Shown: positions 50,360-60,087 of the stretch, piece by piece | Layout of the letters: every line of letters begins with the position of its first letter | How positions within the stretch are numbered: the stretch's first letter is position 1 | Source of the DNA: Methanobacteriota archaeon | GTDB taxonomy: Archaea; Thermoplasmatota; Thermoplasmata; Methanomassiliicoccales; UBA472 | Direction: 5' to 3' | Assembly: GCA_012729095.1 (NCBI GenBank) | Contig: JAAYDU010000061.1 | Coordinates: 11,779 to 75,778 of the forward strand | DNA length: 64,000 bases | The notes under the pieces: generated by a model | Databases searched by the model: none | The model's input: the letters and a program-made list of their open reading frames with translations, nothing else | Told to the model about the DNA's origin: nothing | Position numbers and translations under genes: made by a program

Positions 50360-50445
50360 TAAATATGTTACATCATCCAATTGTTAAAGCCAGGAGATTT
50401 GAACGGGGTAAGTATTATATCTGCAATAATCGTTGGCAAACAGGT

Positions 50446-52068
50446 ATGCCCGAGGGTTCAGAGGTTCTAATAATATTGGACAAGGTCTCCAAGAGCTTCA
50501 ATGGAAACCAAGTTCTGAAGGACATAACGACTACCGTCCGCACCGGCGAGGTCCTCGGGCTTATCGGCAAGAGCGGTAGCGGAAAGTCCGTCCTTATCAA
50601 CGCCATGCGCGGGAACGAGGAGTACAGGCCTGACTCCGGACGCATCATCTATCGCGTGAACCATTGCGAATCATGCGGATGGATCGACCTGCCCGCAGCT
50701 GGCGTAAAATGCCCAATGTGCGGAAAGGCGACCAAGATCATCGAGGTCGATTTCTGGGCCTTGAACGAAAGAGACCCCGTGCGCATGGCCATGCGCGGCC
50801 GCATCGCCATCATGCTGCAGAGGACCTTCGCCCTGTACGGTGACCTCAGCGTCATAGAGAACGTGTTCGAGGCCATGAAGGAGAAGTCCGACGAGAAGAA
50901 AGTGGAGAAGGCCATTAAATTGCTGGAGATGGTCAATATGACCCATCGTACCATGCACATCGCTCGCGACCTCTCCGGAGGCGAGAAGCAGAGGACCGTG
51001 CTCGCCAGACAACTTGCCCGCAAACCTCTGCTGTTCCTGGCCGACGAACCAACTGGTACCCTGGACCCGGAGACAGCGGACATCGTGCACAAAGCGCTGA
51101 TAAACGCGGTCAAGGACAGCGGCATGGCAATGGTGGTCACCTCGCACTGGCCAAAGGCCATAGAACTTCTTTCGGACCGGGCCATCTGGCTCGAGGAAGG
51201 GATGATCAAGGAGGAGGGAGAACCGAGCGAGATCACCAAGGCCTTCGACGTCAAGTTCGTCAAGACCAAGGAGATGGAGGTCAAGGTCGGTCTGCCGGTC
51301 ATCCGCGTGGATGGCGCAAAGAAATACTTCTATTCCATCGTCCGGGGCGTGGTCAAGGCCGTGGACGACGTAACATTGGAGGTCGGGGAAAAGGAGATAT
51401 TCGGTCTGATCGGTCTAAGCGGGGCCGGGAAGACCACCCTGTCCCGCATGATATCCGGGATCACCCCTGCCACGCACGGCGAGGTGCTGGTGCGTATCGG
51501 GGACGACTGGGTGAACATGTCCGATCTGGGCGAGGAGGGCAGAGGCCGCGCCACCCAGTACATCGGCATTATGCATCAAGAGAACGCACTTTATCCGTTC
51601 AACACCGTCCTGCAGAACCTCACGGTCTGCCTGGGCATGAAGCTGCCGCAGGAGCTCGCCAAGATGAAGGCCATTCAGGTGCTTCGCGGCGTGGGCTTCA
51701 CGGCCAAGGAGGTAGAGCGCATACTTTACGCCTACCCGGACTCCCTCAGCGTGGGAGAGAAACAGCGCATAGCCTTGGCGCGCACCATGATCATCGAGCC
51801 CCGCTTCGTGGTCCTTGACGAACCTACCGGCACAATGGACCCCATTACCCGTCAGGCGGTGGCCAAGTCCGTGCTGCACGCCCGCAAGGAACTGAACGAG
51901 ACATTCCTCATAGTCAGTCACGACATGGACTTCGTTCTAGCATGCTGCGACCGCGTCGCTCTGATGAGGGGCGGCAAGATGGTCGCCCTGGGGACCCCTC
52001 AGGAAGTGCTCAGGGACATGACCCAGGAAGATCTGGAAGGCGACGAGTCTGAGGTCTGCGAGGTCTAA
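50446..52068 (+). CDS. atwA: MCR system component A2 (ABC-type ATPase)
   Basis: Two Walker A motifs ([16 protein letters not shown]), CESC/CPMC zinc knuckle, [13 protein letters not shown]. Confidence 0.96.
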   Translation: MPEGSEVLIILDKVSKSFNGNQVLKDITTTVRTGEVLGLIGKSGSGKSVLINAMRGNEEYRPDSGRIIYRVNHCESCGWIDLPAAGVKCPMCGKATKIIEVDFWALNERDPVRMAMRGRIAIMLQRTFALYGDLSVIENVFEAMKEKSDEKKVEKAIKLLEMVNMTHRTMHIARDLSGGEKQRTVLARQLARKPLLFLADEPTGTLDPETADIVHKALINAVKDSGMAMVVTSHWPKAIELLSDRAIWLEEGMIKEEGEPSEITKAFDVKFVKTKEMEVKVGLPVIRVDGAKKYFYSIVRGVVKAVDDVTLEVGEKEIFGLIGLSGAGKTTLSRMISGITPATHGEVLVRIGDDWVNMSDLGEEGRGRATQYIGIMHQENALYPFNTVLQNLTVCLGMKLPQELAKMKAIQVLRGVGFTAKEVERILYAYPDSLSVGEKQRIALARTMIIEPRFVVLDEPTGTMDPITRQAVAKSVLHARKELNETFLIVSHDMDFVLACCDRVALMRGGKMVALGTPQEVLRDMTQEDLEGDESEVCEV

Positions 52069-52070
52069 GC

Positions 52071-52676
52071 TTGAAAGATTCCATAGGCCGTAAGACGCGC
52101 TTCGTGGAATGCCGCGAGGCCCGGGGCATGGGCGTGGGCGGAAGCCTGGCCCAGAGGGCTACCATATCCGACAGCGGGCGCGACGTGGTCGCGGTGGCCA
52201 TGGGTCCCGGCAAGAGGCACATCACAAAACCCGTATGCGAGATCACATACGGGCTGAGGGAGGAGGGCATCGACACATCCGTGATCGTGATAACCGCAGG
52301 TTCTGGCGTTCCCTCCGACGCGGTGGACGTTTCCACCAGCTCCCTTTTCGGATTGGACCCCGTCGAGGTGGCCCGCATACAGCAGTTCAAGGTGGCGCTC
52401 ATTCACCTTGGTAACGTGCGAAACCACATCATATACAAGGCCCGCCTGATCCTGAGGAACGTGGACCTTCCGGCGGTCATCTGTTGCCAGGCCCCGGTGG
52501 ACTTCGAGGACTTCGCCCGGATCGGCTGCAAGACCCGTCAGGTTATGCCCAGCGAGGGTAACATCGGGACCAAGGGGACCATAATGGAGATAATCACCGG
52601 CGTGGTCCGTGGCACCACCGTGAGCCAGGTGAAGCTCGACGAGATCGTGGCCAAGGTCAAGCGCACCATGCCTTAA
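52071..52676 (+). CDS. mcrC: MCR operon protein C
   Basis: [40 protein letters not shown]. Confidence 0.95.
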   Translation: MKDSIGRKTRFVECREARGMGVGGSLAQRATISDSGRDVVAVAMGPGKRHITKPVCEITYGLREEGIDTSVIVITAGSGVPSDAVDVSTSSLFGLDPVEVARIQQFKVALIHLGNVRNHIIYKARLILRNVDLPAVICCQAPVDFEDFARIGCKTRQVMPSEGNIGTKGTIMEIITGVVRGTTVSQVKLDEIVAKVKRTMP

Positions 52677-53236
52677 ATGTCGTAACCAATTATGTGCGTC
52701 CAGCAGTTAGTGTTCCCGTAGCCGAGACGTTCGCGTATGTAATCATCGGACACCGTTGATATGCTGGCGCTGACCAGTCTTTTCAGTCCGGGTATGCCTT
52801 CCAATGGGGGAAAGGTCAAGGGAGGTATCAGGAAGTACGGCTCGCCGACTATGTCCACGTCGCCGTACAGAACGAAGTCCTCGCTGAGCATGTAGGCGTT
52901 GTCCCTGAGCTTCACCCCTTCCCGCTTTCCTTCCGGCAGGTACTCCCCTATTATCTGGCCTTTCTGGTCCACCATGTGCACCGCCTGGTTCTGGGAATGG
53001 AGCATGTCCACTTCGTGCTGGGCGACCACCACCAACACCTCCTGCCTGGTGAGCACGTCCCAGACGCCCATGTTGACGAAGGCCATGAGGCCTCCGACCG
53101 CGCCGTTGCCCTCGGCATACCGCTCACGCCGCTCCAATTCCTGGCGGAATTCTTGGTCGAGGAACACCAGGGTCTCTATCCCCTCCATCGCCAGTATCCT
53201 CTCCTCCACGGACTGCCGGATCTCTTTCCTGTCCAC
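52673..53236 (-). CDS. Uncharacterised protein, paralog B
   Basis: 187-aa ORF aligning by eye with 46389-46931. Confidence 0.8.
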   Translation of the reverse strand: MDRKEIRQSVEERILAMEGIETLVFLDQEFRQELERRERYAEGNGAVGGLMAFVNMGVWDVLTRQEVLVVVAQHEVDMLHSQNQAVHMVDQKGQIIGEYLPEGKREGVKLRDNAYMLSEDFVLYGDVDIVGEPYFLIPPLTFPPLEGIPGLKRLVSASISTVSDDYIRERLGYGNTNCWTHIIGYDI

Positions 53237-53390
53237 GTCAGCCCCAGGGGTTTCCGCCTATTCATAATTTGCACCCTTTTTCCCAGGCGGGACCAGGTTA
53301 ACCATCGGTAAGCGTCCAAGAACATTGGCCAGATTGAACAAAACAGGAATAACCTTATAATCGGTTCTCTACATCCATGAGGGAGACAAG

Positions 53391-54998
53391 ATGAAAGCTG
53401 TCGTCAACGGTAAGGAAAAGGATCTGCCCGATGGCGCGTCGGTGGCTCAGGCCATCGAAGGGGAGCCCTACGTGCCGGGCAGCTCGGTGGCTTTGATCCG
53501 CCCCATGGATGCCCAGCGTAAGTTGACCAACGAATACATGGTCAAGACCCCCCGTGGCTGCTTCATCATAGAGCTTAATGGAAGCAAGTACTCCGAGGCC
53601 TGGAAGAGGTTGTACAACGACGTGATAGGCAAGAACCTGCGCTGGCAGACAAGCCGCTTGCACGCCTTCGGGTCCTTTCCCACTCAATTCGAGAAGTCCC
53701 GCGGTACGACCGACTACAAACGCTACGACTGCTTCTTCGCACTTGGCGGTTACGATACGGACACCACCTATCTGATGGTCGCACGGGTGGACATGAGCGA
53801 TGACCTTGGCCTGCAGGACGCGGTGTTCGGAAGGGTTACCAGGGGCCGACATATACTGGACCTCATGAGAGAAGGGGACATCATCGAGCACATAGAACCG
53901 GTGGTTCTGCGCATGACCTCCCAGGACGCGTTCTCGGTGACCGACCTGGACGTTCCCGTAGAGGACGGCATGTTGATCGAGACCTTCATCGGCGTGAAGC
54001 TCGATGAAAGGTCTCCGCTGTGCTGCGAGCACTTCCTCGTGGTCACCAGCGAGGGGAGCCTGCCCATAGACGAGAAGGGGTTCAGCTACACCGCCAGCGA
54101 GGCCAACATGGACACCTCCCTGGGACAGGAGCACAGCGAGGTCCGGCACCCGGACTCGGTCACAGTGCGTCACAAAGGCCATCAGGCCGGAAAGATATAC
54201 TTCTACAACCAGGTCCGCCAGCTCAACCGCTCGCACAACCTGGTCGGTAAGGTTACCAACGGGCACAACCTGGTGCATCTCGTCCCGCTCAAGGGCAGGG
54301 TGCTGGTCCGATCCGATCCCCTGAGGATCATGACCATAGGGAAGACCCAGGCCCAGGCCCAGGAATTTCTGGAATCCATTGGTAAGGTCCAGAAGCGCAC
54401 GGGGGACACGGCGGACGATGCCATTGTGGTTGAGCAGGAACCGGAGATGACCATTTACGCCTACAAGGAGAAGGAGGTCGAGACCATGGGCGTCCCCAAG
54501 GACAAGGTGTTCCCGTTGACCATGGACCCCGAGGCCTCTCCCTGGACCGTCCGTTACTTCCGCAAGGTCACCGGGCTTGACCACAAGCCCGTGGGAACCA
54601 TGCGGGTGCATTTCACCTTCGAGGGCATGCCGATGATAACATTCGAGGGAAACCCGAAGCTGGCCGCGGACCTTTACCCCGAAAAAACGTTCGAGGGGCA
54701 CTGCTACCGTGGGGATGTGGCCATCACCAACATGTCAAGGCCGCAGCGCGGATTGATGGGAATACGCCTGGAGGACAGCGACGAGTTCGGTTCTACCGGG
54801 GAGGAGCCCCATGGGACCAATCTGCTCGGGCGCTTCATCGGAGACCTGACCGCCATGATGTCCAGTATATCCGAAGGGGACATCGTCTACGTGCGCAGGG
54901 CCACTCCCGAGGAGGCCGCGTCAAAGGCGGTACAGAAACCGATCAAGAAGAAGGCGAACGGGAAGAACGCCAAGAGGCCCAAGGCCAAGGGGGACTGA
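53391..54998 (+). CDS. mmp3: Methanogenesis marker protein 3
   Basis: KTPRG, AFGSF, VVEQEP, YFRKVTGL...PVG, TNMSR, EFGSTGE. Confidence 0.92.
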   Translation: MKAVVNGKEKDLPDGASVAQAIEGEPYVPGSSVALIRPMDAQRKLTNEYMVKTPRGCFIIELNGSKYSEAWKRLYNDVIGKNLRWQTSRLHAFGSFPTQFEKSRGTTDYKRYDCFFALGGYDTDTTYLMVARVDMSDDLGLQDAVFGRVTRGRHILDLMREGDIIEHIEPVVLRMTSQDAFSVTDLDVPVEDGMLIETFIGVKLDERSPLCCEHFLVVTSEGSLPIDEKGFSYTASEANMDTSLGQEHSEVRHPDSVTVRHKGHQAGKIYFYNQVRQLNRSHNLVGKVTNGHNLVHLVPLKGRVLVRSDPLRIMTIGKTQAQAQEFLESIGKVQKRTGDTADDAIVVEQEPEMTIYAYKEKEVETMGVPKDKVFPLTMDPEASPWTVRYFRKVTGLDHKPVGTMRVHFTFEGMPMITFEGNPKLAADLYPEKTFEGHCYRGDVAITNMSRPQRGLMGIRLEDSDEFGSTGEEPHGTNLLGRFIGDLTAMMSSISEGDIVYVRRATPEEAASKAVQKPIKKKANGKNAKRPKAKGD

Positions 54999-54999
54999 G

Positions 55000-55425
55000 A
55001 TGGATATCAAGACAGAGACCAGGATAGTGTTCATAGCTCCGACCTCCGACCTAACCCCTGACCGCATCGCCCGCCTAGTGCACAATCTGGGCCACGAGGT
55101 CTCCGTGAAGGAGACCTGCTATGGGGTGGTGCTGCAAGGCCCCAAGGACGCCGTCAAACTTACCCTGGACGAGGTCCGCAAGATGGACCCGAACCGCATC
55201 TACTCCAAGATACGGGCGTTCCCCATGGGCGACCTCCGCCGCTGCCGGGCGCATCACGGCTCCCGCCCCGGTTTCGCCCAGCTGGAAAAGGAATGGAAGG
55301 ACCTGTGTCTGGTGGAACAGGGCCTCATCTGCTTGGAAAAGGGCGAGGTTCCGCCCACGCCCAGCAAACGTCAGAGAATCCCGGTCAACGAACTTAAGAA
55401 GCTCATAGACGAGGTGCCACAATGA
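55000..55425 (+). CDS. mmp6: Methanogenesis marker protein 6
   Basis: VKETCYG, FPMGDLRRCRA, RPGF. Confidence 0.9.
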   Translation: MDIKTETRIVFIAPTSDLTPDRIARLVHNLGHEVSVKETCYGVVLQGPKDAVKLTLDEVRKMDPNRIYSKIRAFPMGDLRRCRAHHGSRPGFAQLEKEWKDLCLVEQGLICLEKGEVPPTPSKRQRIPVNELKKLIDEVPQ

Positions 55426-55856
55426 AGATATTCCTAATGCCGCCGAACAGCCTGATCCTATTCGATCTGGTGGAGAGGTTCGGTCACGAACCGCTGAGCC
55501 TGATGAAGGCCCTCCGCGACCGCGTCACGTCCAACGAGATCGAGGCACCGCCCTTGAACGTCACTCTGGACGATGTCAAGCTGGGCCTGAAGTATGCCGG
55601 GATCGAGATCCCTTCCGGCATACGGGGGAGATTGGCCGTGTACGGGCCGCTCATAGACGAGGCCGAGGCCGCGATATTCATGGAGGACGCGCCCTACAGC
55701 TTCGGGTGCGTGGGGTGCCAGAGGACCAATGAGCTCGCCAAGCTCCTGGTCCGCAAACGCAAGGTGCCCATCCTTTCCCTGGACTACCCGGCCAACGAGG
55801 AAGAGGCCAAGGACATGGTCTACAAGGTGAAGAGTTTCCTGGAGGGTTTGAAATGA
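55422..55856 (+). CDS. mmp5: Methanogenesis marker protein 5
   Basis: [37 protein letters not shown]. Confidence 0.92.
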   Translation: MKIFLMPPNSLILFDLVERFGHEPLSLMKALRDRVTSNEIEAPPLNVTLDDVKLGLKYAGIEIPSGIRGRLAVYGPLIDEAEAAIFMEDAPYSFGCVGCQRTNELAKLLVRKRKVPILSLDYPANEEEAKDMVYKVKSFLEGLK

Positions 55857-57076
55857 TCAAGATAGCCCAGCTTTCCTGCGGGACGGAATACAGTGCCGTG
55901 CAGGGGGAGATCGAGAACGCCGCGGAGACCGTGGGGGCCAAGATGGTCTACCCGGACGTGGACATGAACAAGATAGACCGGGCCGTGGAGGAGTTCGGGT
56001 TCAACCCCGCAAGTCCCCAGCTCAAGCTGATGATCGCCCGGGCCATGGAACTTGCCGACAAGAACTATGACGCTGACGCGATATTCATCGCCACCTGCTT
56101 CCGTTGCGCCGAGGCGGCACTGGTGCGCACCGAGCTGCGCAAGTTCGTGCAGGAAAAGGTGAGGCTTCCAGTTGTCACGTATTCCTTCACGGAGAGGACC
56201 AAGGCCGCCCAGCTCCTGACGAGGATGGAGGCGCTGGTGACCATAGTGGAAAGGAAGGAACTGCTGGCCAGGGAGAGGCAGGTAGGACTGACCGCCGGAC
56301 TGGACTCCGGTTCCTCCACAACCAAGGCGGTCATCATGCGCGACAACGTGATAATCGGCAAGTACTGGCTTCCGACGGGGGACGTGTACTCGTCCGCCGA
56401 GACCGCCCTCACCCATGCTTTGGAGGAGGCCGGGGTGAAGCTGGAGGAGCTGGAGGGCATAGGCACCACCGGCTACGGGCGTTTCACGCTTGGCAAGAAG
56501 TTCAAAGCCAAGCTGGTGCAGGAAGAGCTTACGGTCAACTCCAAGGGAGCCGTCTGGCTGGCCGACAGGCAGAAGGGCGAGGCCACCATAATCGACATCG
56601 GAGGAATGGACAACAAAGCCATCACCGTTCGTGACGGTATACCGGACAACTTCACCATGGGCGGCATTTGTGCCGGCGCCTCCGGAAGGTTCCTGGAGAT
56701 GACAGCCAAGCGCCTCAAGATAGAGATAACCGAGCTGGGGGAGCTCGCCGATCAAGGCATGCACGGAAAGGTGAAGATGAACTCCTACTGCTCCGTGTTC
56801 GGAATACAGGACCTGGTCACGTCTCTGGCCGCCGGGAACACTCTCGCGGACGTCGCTTCCGCGGCGTGTCACAGCGTGGCCGAGCAGGTCTACGAGCAGC
56901 AGCTGCAGGAGATCGAGGTCCGCCAGCCGATCATTCAGGTCGGCGGCACGTCCTTGATATCCGGGCTTGTAACGGCCATGGAGCACACCCTTGGGCAACG
57001 TCCCATCGTGCCCAATGACTCTCAGTACATCGGGGCCGTCGGCGCGGCGTTGCTGGTATCAGGCCTGCTGGGGTGA
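55853..57076 (+). CDS. mmp15: Methanogenesis marker protein 15 (activase-type ATPase)
   Basis: [44 protein letters not shown]. Confidence 0.93.
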   Translation: MIKIAQLSCGTEYSAVQGEIENAAETVGAKMVYPDVDMNKIDRAVEEFGFNPASPQLKLMIARAMELADKNYDADAIFIATCFRCAEAALVRTELRKFVQEKVRLPVVTYSFTERTKAAQLLTRMEALVTIVERKELLARERQVGLTAGLDSGSSTTKAVIMRDNVIIGKYWLPTGDVYSSAETALTHALEEAGVKLEELEGIGTTGYGRFTLGKKFKAKLVQEELTVNSKGAVWLADRQKGEATIIDIGGMDNKAITVRDGIPDNFTMGGICAGASGRFLEMTAKRLKIEITELGELADQGMHGKVKMNSYCSVFGIQDLVTSLAAGNTLADVASAACHSVAEQVYEQQLQEIEVRQPIIQVGGTSLISGLVTAMEHTLGQRPIVPNDSQYIGAVGAALLVSGLLG

Positions 57077-57080
57077 GAGC

Positions 57081-57653
57081 ATGGTCGAATTCGAGCTGGA
57101 GGGCACCGAGCAATACGCCCTTGAATCGTATCAATGGCTGTTGCAGCGCATACTGATGGACATGGGGATAAGCACCATGGTGGAGCGGGTACGCTTGGTG
57201 ATCCGCCCGGACCAGACCCTTTTCATCATATCCATGCGCATCAAGCAGTCCGGCAGCAAGCGTCCGCTGTACGACATTGCCGACACGGAGTCGCAGGAAG
57301 GCGGGACCTTCATCACCATCAAGGACGAGTCCTACGCCCCGAGGCTTCTGTCCAATCTCTGGCATAAGTACGGGAGGGAACGCGTTCAGCAGCTCACCCG
57401 CCTTGAGATATTCGTGGAGGGCGCCCCGGTCGAGGAGATCACGGACATCAGGCTAGATCCCGAGGAGGAGGTTCGCTCCCAGCTCCTCGATGCCATGTGG
57501 AGGCTGTTGCCCGAAGGACTGAAGGTGAGGAACGAATACTTCAACGACGATGTTATGACCATCGTTGCCACGGAGCACGGCATGACCGTGGACTTCATCG
57601 CGGAGGCGCAGAACGTGCACAGAAACATGATCAAGGGGCCGGAGGAGGACTGA
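57081..57653 (+). CDS. mmp17: Methanogenesis marker protein 17
   Basis: IKDESYAPRLL...YG...Q, RLLPEGLKVR; position between markers 15 and 7. Confidence 0.85.
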   Translation: MVEFELEGTEQYALESYQWLLQRILMDMGISTMVERVRLVIRPDQTLFIISMRIKQSGSKRPLYDIADTESQEGGTFITIKDESYAPRLLSNLWHKYGRERVQQLTRLEIFVEGAPVEEITDIRLDPEEEVRSQLLDAMWRLLPEGLKVRNEYFNDDVMTIVATEHGMTVDFIAEAQNVHRNMIKGPEED

Positions 57654-58570
57654 TGTACGAGGTACTGATGTTCGATGGCGGGGTCCACAAGGTGGATGAA
57701 CTGCTGGACCTCATTGAGGACGTGGGAGGTTTCATACTCCAGCGCACCCAGATACAGGTTATGATAACCCTGACCATAGCCATCCCGGGCGAGGACCGCC
57801 CGCTCATAGAGAAGAAGGCGGCGGAGCTCGGGGGCAAGATCATAGAGGTTCCGTTGGCCGGAACGGAGATAGCGGTCATAGGCCCGACCCTGGGAAGGCA
57901 TCACATGCCGCATCCGATATGCGATATCGCCGAGCACCTGCGCAGGTACGGGGCGATAACCATAGTCATGGGACTGGCCCGCGGGCGAGGAAGGAAGACC
58001 TGTCAGATCTCGGCGGCGGAGAAGGCCATCATCGAGGAGTACGACGCGGCCATATTCATGCTGGGCAACTTCACCGAATGCGTAACTCACGAAAAGATCG
58101 ACCTCTACAAGGACATACAGATCCCGGTGGTCACGGTAATAGGCCCGGAACTTGAATCGCTCCCGCACTGCGAAGCGCTGGTCTGCGGTGTCGGCCGCAA
58201 GGTGGAACGCATGCGGCGCTCGGAGGAGATCGCCAAGCTGGAGGAGATCGCGGACCGGGTGAAGGAGGTCATCGACAAGCGTCGCGTGGAGATCGACGAG
58301 GACCCCCTTTTCGTGCATCCTTCCGAGATCAAGGATGCCTTGGAGGACATGGAGGCGGTCCAGGTCTGCCTGCGCCCCGCGCCCATAGTCTTGCACGTTG
58401 ACGGTCTTCGGGTCAAGATACCTTACAAGAAGCACGTCAAGGAGCTTGAGGAGCTGGAGGTTTACGGCCACAAGCTGAAGGACATAGCCATCATTTCCGA
58501 CTGCCGGCTTGGCGACAGCACCATGATCAAGATCAAGACCAAGGCCGAGGTCGAGGGCAAGGTACGCTGA
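57653..58570 (+). CDS. mmp7: Methanogenesis marker protein 7
   Basis: MYEVLMFDGGVHK, PLAGTEIAV, HHMPHPICDIAE, GLARG, DGLRVK. Confidence 0.92.
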   Translation: MYEVLMFDGGVHKVDELLDLIEDVGGFILQRTQIQVMITLTIAIPGEDRPLIEKKAAELGGKIIEVPLAGTEIAVIGPTLGRHHMPHPICDIAEHLRRYGAITIVMGLARGRGRKTCQISAAEKAIIEEYDAAIFMLGNFTECVTHEKIDLYKDIQIPVVTVIGPELESLPHCEALVCGVGRKVERMRRSEEIAKLEEIADRVKEVIDKRRVEIDEDPLFVHPSEIKDALEDMEAVQVCLRPAPIVLHVDGLRVKIPYKKHVKELEELEVYGHKLKDIAIISDCRLGDSTMIKIKTKAEVEGKVR

Positions 58571-58577
58571 GCGGCAT

Positions 58578-59018
58578 ATGCGCTCCTCGCCGGGTGCCTA
58601 CGTACTGCTGGTCTTTCTTCCCGACCCCCTCACCGTTCAGGTAGGGGCCCTGGGGAGGCTGGACCTCCCGGCCGGGCACTATCTGTACTGCGGCTCGGCC
58701 CAGGCAGGGCTGCTGCCCCGCCTGGCAAGGCACATGCGTCCTGATAAGAAAGTTCACTGGCACATAGATTCTCTGACGTCCGAGGGGCAGGTCATCGGCG
58801 CGCTCACCTTCGAGGGGGGCAAGGAAACGGAATGCCGCCTGGCCCGTTTCCTATCCTATGTCCCTTTCGTGCTTCCCGCGGCCAAGGGCTTCGGCTCCTC
58901 CGATTGCCACTGCCACACGCATCTCTTTTACGTTGGAGAGGACACCCAACTGTCGTTCGTACTGAACGCCCTGCTCGGCTCCTTCCAAGGTCGCGAGCTG
59001 AACGGAGAATCTATTTAA
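58578..59018 (+). CDS. GIY-YIG / DUF123 (Uri superfamily) nuclease
   Basis: GAYVL, GHYLYCGSA, HWHID, EC, GFGSSDCHCHTHL. Confidence 0.9.
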   Translation: MRSSPGAYVLLVFLPDPLTVQVGALGRLDLPAGHYLYCGSAQAGLLPRLARHMRPDKKVHWHIDSLTSEGQVIGALTFEGGKETECRLARFLSYVPFVLPAAKGFGSSDCHCHTHLFYVGEDTQLSFVLNALLGSFQGRELNGESI

Positions 59019-59050
59019 CCGGCGTCGAACGTTATTATCCCGGTAGATGC

Positions 59051-59275
59051 ATGTTCGGTTCCAGGAGGTCCAAGCTGGAGGCTAGGATTAAGCAGCTGAA
59101 CGCTTTGCGCGCCGAATATCGGGCCGAGGTTGAAGAGGCGGAACGCCTTCACAAGCGAAGGGAGATGGACGAGGAAGAACTGCAACGGATACGGCGGAGA
59201 TGCCTGGCGAAGATGGACGACATCGCCGAGAAGGTCCGGGCGGCCCGCAAGGAATTGGACTCGACAAGGGAGTGA
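59051..59275 (+). CDS. Small coiled-coil hypothetical protein
   Basis: 74-aa charged heptad-like ORF MFGSRRSKLEARIKQL... Confidence 0.65.
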   Translation: MFGSRRSKLEARIKQLNALRAEYRAEVEEAERLHKRREMDEEELQRIRRRCLAKMDDIAEKVRAARKELDSTRE

Positions 59276-59346
59276 AAGGCGTTTTAATTTTCCAGTTCAG
59301 GCCATAAAAACAATTTATATATAGTCAGGAAGACAAAGTATTATGT

Positions 59347-59573
59347 TGCCCGTGGAATGGAGAGGGTAGGACCTGCGGATGCATCTCTGCCCGCCTTCAT
59401 CGGCCAATACGGTCATCCGTGCGCTAACGCGATGGAAATTCGCGAGCGACGGTTCCCCCCGCGCCCTACGTGCGATCGGCGGGAGATGAAGGGGTGGTCG
59501 CCCGAGGAACTTCTCCATTTTGAGGAATGGGTCGGACCGAAGGTCGCCTTCCTCCTCCCCTCCGCCCGGGCAC
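59347..59573 (+). ncRNA. Candidate structured ncRNA 1 (~225 nt)
   Basis: TATA TTTATATA at 59314; closing helix TGCCCG/CGGGCA; CCTTCATC/GATGAAGG; internal hairpins; pyrimidine tail. Confidence 0.55.
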
Positions 59574-59691
59574 TTCTATCCCTTATCATCTCATGTTCCT
59601 TTCTTAATTTATTATTATATTTATAATAATATTCTGGCTAGTGTATTAATCATGCAAAACTATAAGTATTATAGGAAACAATAGTAATAAT

Positions 59692-59968
59692 TGCCCGAGT
59701 CGGAAAGGCTGTGGGGAAACCAGGATGGATCCAGCATGGTTTGAGGACCATGTCCATAGGAATAGGTCCTATCCGCGCGCTCCTCCTGGAGCGGGTCCGA
59801 CCACACGCTTCCTGACTTAAGACGGGAAAGTGGTGAGACGGATGGTGATCCAACCCCTTCGGGGATCGGAAAGCCAGGAAGGACGTCATCGAAATGGCGA
59901 ATTCCCCATCTGCAGATGCGTGTTCGTCAAGTAGGGACGAAGTACCTTCAAGCACCGATCTCGGGCAC
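59692..59968 (+). ncRNA. Candidate structured ncRNA 2 (~275 nt)
   Basis: BRE/TATA-like CAAAACTATAAG at 59655; closing helix TGCCCGAG-TCGG/CCGA-CTCGGGCA; at least seven hairpins including a cUUCGg loop. Confidence 0.6.
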
Positions 59969-60087
59969 CCTTATCCATACGTATATTTCTAAAATTCTCA
60001 TTTTTCGTGTATGGCTCAGGAATAGATTTAAAATACTTCACAGACTTCAGGGTATAATCTCATTTATAACCTAACAGAGGTCTTCAC

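Noticed and set aside
58578-59018. GIY-YIG gene as a homing endonuclease or mobile element
   Set aside because: Stand-alone DUF123-type protein common in archaea; no intron, intein or repeats.
59500-59890. RNase P, SRP or cobalamin-riboswitch identity (GAGGAAC at about 59504; AAGCCAGGA at 59871)
   Set aside because: The partner conserved regions (RNase P CR-V, SRP helix 8, B12-box context) were not found.
59315-59955. ORFs 59357-59626, 59315-59518 and 59650-59955
   Set aside because: No motifs or clear RBS, and they run into AT-rich spacers; RNA structure explains the region better.
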